Origin: Chrysomallon squamiferum
Lineage: Eukaryota; Animalia; Mollusca
Length of the DNA: 64,000 nt
Assembly: GCA_012295275.1 (NCBI GenBank)
Contig: CM022665.1
Location: 43,028,001-43,092,000 of the forward strand
Direction of reading: 5' to 3'
The translations under genes and the position numbers were made by a program. Positions 12,548 to 22,050 of this stretch are shown here, one piece after another (within the stretch, counting starts at the first letter, position 1; each line of letters starts with the position of its first letter). Under the pieces are notes generated by a model that searched no databases, had not been told where the DNA came from, and saw nothing but the letters and a program-made list of their open reading frames with translations.

Positions 12548-15500
12548 TAAAAAAATAATAATAATAAAATAAAGAAATTTATATTATATAAACAAAAAGG
12601 TGCTCATAAACTTCAATTTCAGCTCATTGTAAAATAAAAAAGTGACTGTTTCATCAATAAATTAAAAAAAAATTTAACTTCAACTAATTTTCTCGCCTCT
12701 TTGCAAGGCAAATTATTACTTTAAATTAATACTAAAATGATTTTTTCATTAAAACAATTGTGAGAACTTTGTCAGGATCACAAACTTTTCCCCATTGCTA
12801 TGAAATTATTTAAATTAAAAAAACAGAAACAGTAAACATTTTCATCTTTAAAACATTACTATAATGATATTTTGATTACTGAAGCCAAACCATATTGCTA
12901 GTTTTAATTTCACAAATTAAATGTAAGCAAACCACTTTCAAATCAATGTACCATTTCTTCATAACAATTAAGCGAAAACGTGTTTAATTAAACAACAACT
13001 GAAGACTGTGGTGACGTGGAACCGTTCTATTTAATGTAAACGAAGCGTGACATACCAGGCATTAATTAATCTGTCGTTTAAAGCAGCGGATAAAAATAAT
13101 GTCCATCAGGAGCATCGGACAGTGTGTCGTTGCCTGGCAACTGTGGCACGGACAGTAATCTGAAAACTTCCGTCGAGTGACCTGTGAACGTCTGAAACAG
13201 AAGAACGTTACTTGAAAACACGTTTTAAAAATAAAAGAATTGTAATTTTGTAACAGAACAAGAGAGCTTTCGCCTGTGACACAATGTCGTCCTGTATTTC
13301 TAGTGTTAAGGAAATCAAGATAGCGATTGTGTCTTGTTCATATTGCACCTCTTGACAGCCCACAATGCACTCTGCAGCCAATGTGGGGAAGAGTAGGTGC
13401 TACTGAAGCGTGTGCAAAATGTTAGCACTTTATTATAAATTTTGAAATATCTTCCTCAAACATCACCAATTAATATAGGCTATTTCTGTAGCATAATTTC
13501 GTCCAGAATTCCATTTACAAATTCAAGATAGCAATCAAGCCAGTTATTACTATAGCACTATTTTTCAACCCAAACAGCACTTCAGTCTGTGTGGGAAGCG
13601 CAAGTGCTGTTTTGATACAAATCTAATTATTTTGATATTTCTGAAGGTTTAATAATACATCACAATATATAATGTGAATTATCACATCCCACCTTTGTGG
13701 TTTTGCAACAAAATACAAGCTTAAAGATGGCAATGAGATATCTTAAAAACAAATATTTTCAATCAGACTGCAAAGGAGCACTGGCAATACTGGTCAACAG
13801 TCCAATACACAGATGAAGATTAATCTTGAAACCTACAACTCATCGGATAATCACAACTACCACAGAATTAAAGTTACTGAACAAAACAGAGGGTTTTTTC
13901 TGATTCATTCTATAGCACACAATAACTCCATTCCAACATCATAAGGTTTATAAAATTTCCCCAAATATCACTAATTAGTACAGGCTGTTTTTGTAGCATA
14001 ATTTCGTCCAGAATTCCATTTTCAAATTCAAGATAGCAATCAAGCCAGTTATTACTATAGCACTATTTTTCAACCCATACAGCACTTCAGTCTGTGTGGG
14101 AAGCGCAAGTGCACATACATTTAACTTTGAAAAAATATTTTATTTTCCCCAAAATACATACAGCTACAAATACAGTTAAAATGATAAATATTTTAAAAAG
14201 CAGTTCTCTGTCACACAATATCGTCCTGTGTTTCCAGTGTAAAGAAACTCAAGATAGCGATTGTGTCAGTTAGTCTTGCACTTTCTGACAGCCCACAACG
14301 TACTTTGTAATCAGAGTGGGGAAGAGTGGGTGCTGTATAACTGATATAACTAGTACAGATACAAACTGGAATAATGGGTACCGTATTTCTGATATAACTA
14401 ATATAGATACAATATGGGGAAGAGTGGGTGCTGTATTTCTGATATAACTAATATAGATACAATATGGGGAAGAGTGGGTGCTGTATTTCTGATATAACTA
14501 ATATAGATACAATATGGGGAAGAGTGGGTGCTGTATTTCTGATATAACTAATATAGATACAATATGGGGAAGAGTGGGTGCTGTATTTCTGATATAACTA
14601 ATATAGATACAATATGGGGAAGAGTGGGTGCTGTATTTCTGATATAACTAGTACAGATAAAATCTGTGGAATAATGGGTGCTGTATTTCTGATATAACTA
14701 ATATAGATACAATATGGGGAAGAGTGGGTGCTGTATTTCTGATATAACTAGTATAGATACAATATGGGGAAGAGTGGGTGCTGTATTTCTCACGTAACTA
14801 GTACAAATTGTGGAATAATGGGTGCTGTATTTCTGATATAACTAATATAGATACAATATGGGGAAGAGTGAGTGCTGTATAACTGATATAACTAATATAG
14901 ATACAATATGGGGAAGAGTGGGTGCTGTATTTCTCACATAACTAGTACAAATTGTGGAATAATGGGTGCTGTATTTCTGATATAACTAGTAGATATATAA
15001 AATAAAATAAAATTATTTTATGTGTACTTGTAATGGTACAGTGAGAATTTTAAATTGTATTAATTTATGATATAACAATATACAAGCTTTAAAATGGCAA
15101 TGAGATACATTAACATAAATATTTTAAATCAGATGGAGGCATCTAACTGCAGTATCTGACACCCATGATAAGGAGCACTGGCAATACCAGTCAACAGTCC
15201 AGTAAATACACAGCTGAAGATTAATCTTCAAACTTACAAATCATTAGATAATCAACTAGAATTACAGTTAACATAACTATTCAAAACAGAGGTTGTTTTC
15301 TTATTCATTCTGTTAATGTCTGCACACAGCAGGTCCATACCAACATGATCAGATCTAGAAAGGGAAAGTGTACAGTTTTCTGTAGCATTCATATTTACTG
15401 CAGATATCACTGACATGACACCTGTAGCAAACGAAGAATGCACTATTTTAAAACAATGTCTTACACTTGAAAATTCATCATCAACTTTTCGTAACTGCTA

Positions 15501-18500
15501 TTTTAATTATAAAGGTTTTTAAAATTGTTTTTAAAAATTAAATTAAAAATAAATAAAATTATATTTCTAAATGCTTGTTTACCATGGAAGACATTTCAAA
15601 TGGATGCTTAAGCAGAAAGCTGGGATATTGATGAAAGTTTGTATGCCCACATTTTACATATAAACCTAAAGAATAGAAAAATCCTTTAAAAAATAATTTA
15701 AAAAAACCCAATTCTTATTAAATATTTTTAACTGGATATTTTTATACTTTTTCACAAGCACTATTGGAATCAAATTTTTTTTTTTTTAAATTAAAAAGTA
15801 AAAATTAAACATAACTGACTGAAACCTATTTTTTAACACAACAGGCTGCTGCATGATATTAAGATATGTTTAAATACTTACATCCTAAGTACAAATAAAA
15901 TATCAACAGTAGAATCAAAAAAAAAAAAAAAAAAAAAAAAATCTGACTTCAAGAATTAATTTGTACATACATGATGACAGTGTATGACACAAAAACAAAA
16001 TAAATATTAAAAACAGCTGATAATTAATATAATAATGTCAGCATGACTTGTATCCAAATAACACACAAATGTAATTTGGTAGTCGTTGCATGCTACTTGT
16101 TATAGCATTCGGATGAACTGCAAATATCAGCCACAGACAAATGCAGCAAACTTAGAATGCAAACTGCCAGCCATTTGTACATAAATAACCAAAGTGTGAA
16201 GAAACATTTAAAACATGTCAATACATTTTCATAATTGGATATCAATGTTAATATCTGGATACGAGCCAAGTTAGTTGTTCTCCCATAAGGGACTATTTAA
16301 ACTGAATGGTATCAAGAGATTTTCTGTAAACACTGTTTTAGAGAGGAAACCACATACTAAGATCCTTGATGCAACAAAGGGGACACTGTACAGAATAAGA
16401 AAATCCTAAATGATGCACCAGACAAAACTGATCTTGCAACCTCTCACATTTTAGGTAAATGCTCTATTCAACAACTTATATCCTACACCCCCCCCACCAA
16501 AAAAAGTAAAGTCCAAATGGGAATGAGAAAACTATTACCTTAAAATACATTCCAGATTTTCAAGTTTCATTCTCATGAAAAATTCACAAAACCAGATTTG
16601 TCCAATGAATATTAAAATTCTGGATAAAAATTCACAAAACCTGATTTGGCAAATGAATATTTAAATTCTTGATATCAATTCACAAAACCATATTTATCCA
16701 AGAATATTAAAATTCTTCTTGATAAAAATCCACAAACCATATTTTTCCAATGAATATTAAAATTCTGGATAAAAATTCATGAAAGCTGATTTGTCCCATG
16801 AATATTAAGTTCTAATTCTTGAATGTTAGGTTGTTATTTTTTACCTGTAATAACTGCTGACTGTGTCTGTTCCATAATTTTATTGATCTGCTAGCTGTGA
16901 GCAAAAAGCTTTTTGAACACACACACACCGAATATACAGGTCCCCTGTCCACCTTCCATTTTCTAGATGAAACAAAATAAGAAGAAAAAATCAACTAACA
17001 CAGACATTAACAATGTACAGCAAGGTGTTTCAAACATTTCTCATCTAGTCTGAATATTTCAAGCTCAGCTCTATTCAAATACAAACAATTTCCAGATATA
17101 ATATAAACACAGTTGTATTTTACTATACATTATAATTTTGTGGTCTGGATTTATACATAATTTTTTTTTTTTTTAAATTTGATGGTTTTTCAAAAAAAAA
17201 ATTTTGCTCTGTTTAATATACAGAATGAGGTTTTGTGATTTGTAAGAAAGTGTGTTCTAACTGATCAATTTGATGTAAGCATGGTTTAGATCCAGACAAA
17301 AATTGTGTATGTTCAGAAGTTATAATCATGCTGATTGATTTTGCATTCACATTCACTACAAATACCACAAGCAGATGCATGCAGCAAACTTGGAATGCTG
17401 TTTTAATTATCACAGTCTGGACATTTTATTTTGACACTTACTCATATATTTTAATATTAGCTAAGAATAATTCTGAGGAATAAAATAACCGTAGACATAA
17501 ATAAAACTTATTATTAACAAAGACTATTCTGAATCAGTGAAACAATATTTTTTAATAAATATATTTACACTACAAGATGTCTGTATGAAGATAATTTTGA
17601 ATGTCACCTATTTAACATGCTGTTAAGTGGGGTTTTAAAAAAAATAAAACATGAAATTTTAACTCTGAAATACAACTCACCGTTTGACTTTATTTGACAG
17701 GACGTCCCACTCAGCAACATGGTGGTCACTGGAGCAGCTGTAGAGTGTTTCTCCATCTGGATACCAGCAGATTCCGTTGACTGTGTCTGAATGTTCTACC
17801 TGTGAGTGAAATTACGAAAGCCGGGTTAGTGGAATTTTTAATAATGCTCAGTTACTCTTTATCAGATATACTGGTATTTTAATGAGTTTTACTGAAGGGT
17901 AACTTTTTATCCAAACTGCCAAGTTCAAAGTCCTTATAATTAATTAATTTCTGAAAAGAGAAATGTTCTCCTTCAGTGCTCTTTTGTCCAACACATTCAG
18001 ATTTTTTTTTTTTTTTTTTTAAACATCGATAATCCTACTACTTTAGTTGAGACATAAATCAGCCAATATTTTCATTTTTTATTATTATTTAATTTTTTTT
18101 AAATTAAAATACTTACCAGCTGTGTCTGGAGATCTCCTTTCACAATGCTATAGAGAAGAATGCTGCCATTCGTGGTTCCAACAGCTATCAGATCAAGATC
18201 ACCGATTTCACTGGCTCCACCAGACTTTCTTTTCTTTTTCTTTCTGGATGAGGCAGACTGAAGAAAAATAAAATAAAAATAAAAATTGAAAAATTGAAAC
18301 AAACTTAATGAGCAGAAACAGAAGTTTAAAACAAAGAACACACATGTTGCTTTTAGTCCTTACATCTGGAGAGTAAAATGCATGATATTTTTAGATAAAT
18401 CTGCTAATGAAGAAATAAATGTCTGTCCAAAAGCAAGTTTGTTTTATAAATTTTATTAGCGCTTTCCTATTGAGGCTATTCTAACAAGATCCCAGAACCA

Positions 18501-19067
18501 TGCCATGTGATGAATAATGCAAATGGTCATTATGATTATCTTCTGTGATCTAGTTCTTGATTAATTATTTTATTATTTACTGTTCAGTCAAACAATGATT
18601 ATGGTCGAAATTACTACCAAGTTTATCCTGATAAAAATACAATAAATTGAATAATCAGATAATGAATTATACAATAAAACAATTATGAATTATTACCATT
18701 AAACAATTTAAAATATGTAATTTGCAATATTTATCTTTTTGGAGGATATGATCGTATTTCATTACTTTATTATTCACCACCCTACATGATACATTTTGTC
18801 GCAGTTAAGATACTTATAACTTTTCAGAAACTAACCCAGGTTGGCAGAAAGTTAAAAACCCTTTAAAAACTAAATATTACATACAGACAAATGTCGACCA
18901 GGACCCCATGACAGACAGCTACAAGTAGCAGAAAGATGCGAACTTGGTGTATATTCTTGCTTTATTTGTCCTGTTGATGCATCCCATATTTTAAGCACAC
19001 CATCCGGACCAGAATATGCCAGAAACTCTCCATTTGTTGAGAAAGCTACAGGACTACCTAGCGCCAT
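1162..19067 (-). CDS. WDR43: WD repeat-containing protein 43 (UTP5, SSU processome t-UTP subunit), 17 coding exons, ~639 aa
   Basis: GT-AG exons: 19067-18885, 18257-18117, 17799-17681, 16962-16845, 13191-13056, 12500-12401, 12068-12004, 11586-11415, 10736-10650, 7968-7846, 7385-7257, 6593-6475, 3897-3834, 3233-3120, 2706-2637, 2137-2085, 1287-1162. Peptides: [60 protein letters not shown] (Utp12-type domain), [12 protein letters not shown], acidic tail. Phases are consistent except for one base missing in a homopolymer at 13092-13096. Confidence 0.95.
1484..1614 (-). ncRNA. candidate degenerate box H/ACA snoRNA (WDR43 intron 16)
   Basis: About 131 nt. 5' hairpin CAUUUAA..CCAAU/AUUGG..UUAAAUG, H box AUACUA (1551-1556), ACA at 1487-1489. 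The lower stem of the 3' hairpin is weak. Confidence 0.4.
4296..4424 (-). ncRNA. box H/ACA snoRNA, family D copy 1 (intron 12)
   Basis: 5' hairpin UGCACC..ACAAUGUCAG/CUGACAUUGU..GGCGCA, variant H box ACAGCG, 3' hairpin GCUCUUGU/ACAGGAGC, ACA at 4299-4301. The 5' hairpin is paralogous to that of 5893-6023. Confidence 0.65.
4521..4850 (-). mobile_element. decayed 3' end of an L2/CR1-type LINE
   Basis: Minus strand encodes LLKTHF (like the L2 ORF2 C-terminal LKTHLF), then TGTAAAGCACCATTG...GTGCTATATAAAT and an (AAT)n tail typical of L2 3' ends. Confidence 0.5.
5893..6023 (-). ncRNA. box H/ACA snoRNA, family D copy 2 (intron 12)
   Basis: 5' hairpin UGCACCU..CGAUGUCA/UGACAUUG..AGGUGCA, H box ACAGUA, 3' hairpin GCUAA..UGAAUAUU/AAUAUUCA..UUAGC, ACA at 5896-5898. 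131 nt. Confidence 0.75.
8391..8520 (-). ncRNA. box H/ACA snoRNA, family A (intron 9); 3' pocket predicted for the 28S site guided by vertebrate E3/SNORA63
   Basis: Near-identical to 14206-14335. H box AGACUA (8456-8461), ACA at 8394-8396, 3' pocket UCGCUAU/ACG. Confidence 0.8.
8502..8640. repeat. 50-bp minisatellite, ~3 units
   Basis: Variants of GGGGAAGAGTGGGTGCTGTATTTCTGATATAACTAATATAGATACAATAT. Confidence 0.85.
9131..9259 (-). ncRNA. box H/ACA snoRNA, family B (intron 9)
   Basis: 5' hairpin GCAUUC..CUACAGAUGUCA/UGAUAUCUGCAG..GAAUGC, H box ACAGAA, 3' hairpin CUGUACAC/GUGUGCAG, ACA at 9134-9136. Near-identical to 15314-15442. Confidence 0.75.
9766..9916 (-). pseudogene. corrupted family A snoRNA copy (pseudogene or consensus chimera)
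   Basis: Both ends match family A; the middle is interleaved with sequence from 9500-9590. Confidence 0.55.
9897..10245. repeat. 50-bp minisatellite, ~7 units
   Basis: Same unit as 14317-14995. Confidence 0.9.
13272..13402 (-). ncRNA. box H/ACA snoRNA, family A, diverged copy (intron 4)
   Basis: GCACCU-ACUCUUC-CCCACA/UGUGGG-CUGUCAAG-AGGUGC, H box AUAUGA (13338-13343), GACACAAU-CGCUAU-CUUG/CAGG-ACGAC-AUUGUGUC, ACA at 13275-13277. Relative to the other A copies, pockets are conserved while loops differ. Confidence 0.85.
13484..13609 (-). ncRNA. box H/ACA snoRNA, family C copy 1 (intron 4); both pockets predicted for 28S sites
   Basis: AGCACU-UGCGCUU-CCCA/UGGG-UUGAAAAAU-AGUGCU, H box AUAGUA (13548-13553), 3' pocket UUGCUAU/ACG, ACA at 13487-13489. 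Confidence 0.85.
13989..14113 (-). ncRNA. box H/ACA snoRNA, family C copy 2 (intron 4)
   Basis: Nearly identical to 13484-13609 while the flanks diverge. ACA at 13992-13994. Confidence 0.85.
14206..14335 (-). ncRNA. box H/ACA snoRNA, family A (intron 4)
   Basis: GCAC..CCCAC/GUGGG..GUGC, H box AGACUA (14271-14276), ACACAAU/AUUGUGU lower stem, ACA at 14209-14211. Confidence 0.85.
14317..14995. repeat. 50-bp minisatellite, ~13-14 units, built from the family A snoRNA 5' end
   Basis: Exact 50-bp period (AATATGGGGA at 14411, 14461, 14511, 14561, 14611), with an interspersed GGAATAATGGGT variant. Confidence 0.95.
15314..15442 (-). ncRNA. box H/ACA snoRNA, family B (intron 4)
   Basis: Near-identical to 9131-9259. 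H box ACAGAA, ACA at 15317-15319. Confidence 0.75.
16033..16161 (-). ncRNA. box H/ACA snoRNA, family B' (intron 4)
   Basis: GCAUUC-UAAGUUUG-CUGCA/UGCAG-UUCAUCC-GAAUGC, H box AUAACA (16098-16103), AGCAUG/CAUGCU 3' stem, ACA at 16036-16038. 129 nt. Confidence 0.8.
16579..16810. repeat. ~49-bp tandem repeat, ~5 units
   Basis: AAATTCACAAAACCAGATTTGTCCAATGAATATTAAAATTCTGGATAA-like unit repeated. Confidence 0.85.
17271..17399 (-). ncRNA. box H/ACA snoRNA, family B' (intron 3); 3' pocket predicted for the 18S U93-equivalent (U23/SNORA75-like target)
   Basis: GCAUUC..GAAUGC 5' hairpin, H box AAAUCA, AGCAUG-AUUAUAACU..UCUAAAC-CAUGCU 3' hairpin, ACA at 17274-17276. 129 nt. Confidence 0.8.
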
Positions 19068-19480
19068 GTTTCAACACGTGGTGCATAATACGCATGCTCC
19101 TTGTTCTATTTCCACTTCCTTCGTTAGTGAAAAATTGACGATAAAAGAAGTGAAAAATAATAAATAGTTCAACAAAATATTTTATTACTGGAAATTAAAA
19201 ACATAAATACAAAAATTTCATTGTTTTTAATTTAATATTTTTTAAATAACTAGTGTGCCATATAAATATTAATTTTAAGTAAATAAAGAAAGTGATTTAC
19301 AAAGATTATGTCATACTATGAAATCCACGTAGTCACATGACCGAGATAGTTGAAACAAAATATGTTGACGACTGACATTTGCTTCGTTGATCTATTAGTA
19401 GTATTTGATAATTATTATTGTTCAGGGACGCGCAAGCTAGCACTGTGTTAAAGTAGCTGATGTTATTAATAAGGTGAATT
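19068..19480. promoter_or_regulatory. bidirectional promoter WDR43/ENT, with a probable non-coding ENT exon 1
   Basis: Genes diverge here and CpG density rises. E-box CACGTG at 19075-19080, ETS ACTTCCT at 19114-19120, GTCACATGAC (MiT/TFE M-box) at 19332-19341, probable donor AAG|GTGAAT at ~19473. Confidence 0.6.
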
Positions 19481-19670
19481 TTAAAAGGAAATTTATTGTG
19501 TTACGTTGTTACTCAACAAATTACTACCTGTTTCAGTAGTTGTGTTTTAGTGTTCACTTGTTCAGTGCTGATCGGTTCCGATCGGTTAATTTTTATTATG
19601 CTCTATGCCAAAGTATTTATTTTATTTTGTATGAACGTTTTAATAATAATAATATTAATGGTAGCTTTCC

Positions 19671-19717
<47 letters not shown>

Positions 19718-19971
19718 TTATTGTTATTAAATGGAAAATATATGTTAAGCCTTTAGTCCTAGAGATTCTAACACATTTTCTGCTTATGAAAATTAAAATA
19801 AATAAATAAAGAAAGAAAGAAAGAAAGAAAGAAAATAACAGTTTTCTAATAGTCCACTATCTGAAGAAGGCAAAAAATATAAAGCTATATATATATTTTA
19901 TTTTTTTATATTTTTTTTTATTCCAGCATCTTGGTGTATGAATCTGTCTTGTGTGTCTGATAATAAAAACA

Positions 19972-22002
19972 ATGGAAGTGACTCAGGTAATAAGCAGTAA
20001 CAACGAAGATGAACCAAATGAGAATAATGTGTTGTTGGGATCTTCACATTATGGAAAAACAAGAATTAAAGCCTCACATGTACCTGACAGGTAATGAACT
20101 TCCTTGCAGCAAATTACTGATAAATACAATAACAATCAAGCAAAGCCTTATCTGATTTTAATAATTTACATAAATATATATATATATTTTTTTTTTATCA
20201 ATAATTGATTATAAATTAAAAATAACTGGCAATTAAAACTTGTAATATTAGGTTAAGAAAAATATTTCACAGAAGCCTATTTTTAAAAATAATATTTCAA
20301 TTTAATTTTTAATAATTCTCTATAGTTATTAATTTTGTATACATTATAACATATGACACATACAAATGTGTGACTGTATAAATAATGTAAAACAAACCCA
20401 AACATATCACATGACTGAAAACCACCCATCTTAGATTTGATATTTGTTGTCTGGGAAGACAAGATCTATATCAAAAAGAGTTAAGCATAGACAGCTAACT
20501 ATATATATATATATATATATACCACTCAAAAAAAAAAAAAAATGCACTTATTGTTAGGCTGCACAGTTTTATTTTGAATTATGTTTCAGACAGAAATTAT
20601 TGACAAAACAAAATGGTCATCCAAAAGAAATGTGAATTTAATAATTCAACTACTTGCAGTTTCACTATTTTCAGTTAATTTTACTTACCTATGAAATTAG
20701 ATGATTATCTTTTAATTGTAATTTTATTTATTTATTTTATTGTTTTAGTTGACAGGTGTAGATCTTTATTTATCATTAACAGTAATAATAAAAATGCATG
20801 AAAAAAGCACAGCTTAATATTTGTAGTAAATTTTAACTCCATTAGCATACTGAATCACTGAAATTTAACAAAAAAACCCATTGCTATATAAAATATGCAA
20901 TTAACATAAATCATTAATAAAGCATAACATAAACTAAAATGTATTTAATATGCAGATATACTTCAGATTATTATAAGAAAAACCATTACTGAATATATGC
21001 AGTGCACTTTTGATTTTTATCATGAAAACAATAATGACGCTGAATAAGGATTTAATATCATAAATGCAGCATAAGCATGTTACCATGGTTGTAACTACAC
21101 TGAGGCAAATGAGGCAAATGCCTTATACCAAAAATGACAATTATTTTATTTAATTTCTTATTTTTTTGTTTTTTACAAAAATTTTATTTAAAAAAAGTCA
21201 AATATAAATCACTATTCCAATAGAAACAATATCCACTGAATGAATTCGCTCATGTCTAGAGTTACTGTTTGAAGTCTGCTGGCATTATTCCGATGAAAGA
21301 CATAACTGACTTCAAAGACAGCAGACATCAAACAGGTTTACTGGCAATTAAATGTTTCTGCCTCATTTCAAAAAGTGTCTAGTTACAGCCATGGTTACCA
21401 TTATTAATAAAACTATATATCAGTACTGACACCTATCACTAGTATCAGTAATTGAACATACGATGTTTCTATTTTGATATCATAATCCTACGTAGATTAT
21501 CATTTTGAATTTATCATTAATAGATCCATCTTTCAGTTATTCATTGCACGTGCACAAGATACCAAACTTGCAATCATTATCCTTCTCCACCAGTGTTTAC
21601 TTGTGACATCATCATTTTTAAAACTGATAAAGAGGCTACAAAGGAAAGTTCACAAAAGAAAAGCAGTCAGATATCTGTCACCCAGCCTATATAAAACAAT
21701 GGCTGTAGTTTCTGCTGTCAGATCTTTTTACCTTACAATTAATGGCCACTGTAGTATTCATTCTAAGTAAAGTATGTGTTTCCAAACTATCACTGATACT
21801 AAAATTCAGCTGTTTTATATGTATTTTATGGACATACTAACATCATCATTTTACATGTGCACACACACTAACAAACACAAAAGTCAATTTTCTGCCCACA
21901 TACAAAAGACAATTTTGTACACAGACATACATACAAAAACACATTTTTACCACAATTCATGCACAAAAACACATTTTGTACACACAAACACAAACCAATT
22001 TT

Positions 22003-22050
<48 letters not shown>

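Noticed and set aside
13760-13856. C/D-like element (GUGAUUA...CUGA), with paralogues near 8943 and 15128
   Set aside because: Non-canonical C box and no rRNA complementarity recognised; the similarity reflects the duplication. I found no SNORD53/92-like C/D snoRNA in WDR43.
14317-14995. CRISPR-like regular repeat array
   Set aside because: The units are contiguous with no unique spacers, there are no cas genes, and the context is a eukaryotic intron. It is a minisatellite.
16247-16395. Possible additional H/ACA unit
   Set aside because: The H box overlaps the stem, the tail is AUA, and there is no paralogue or target, so support is too weak.
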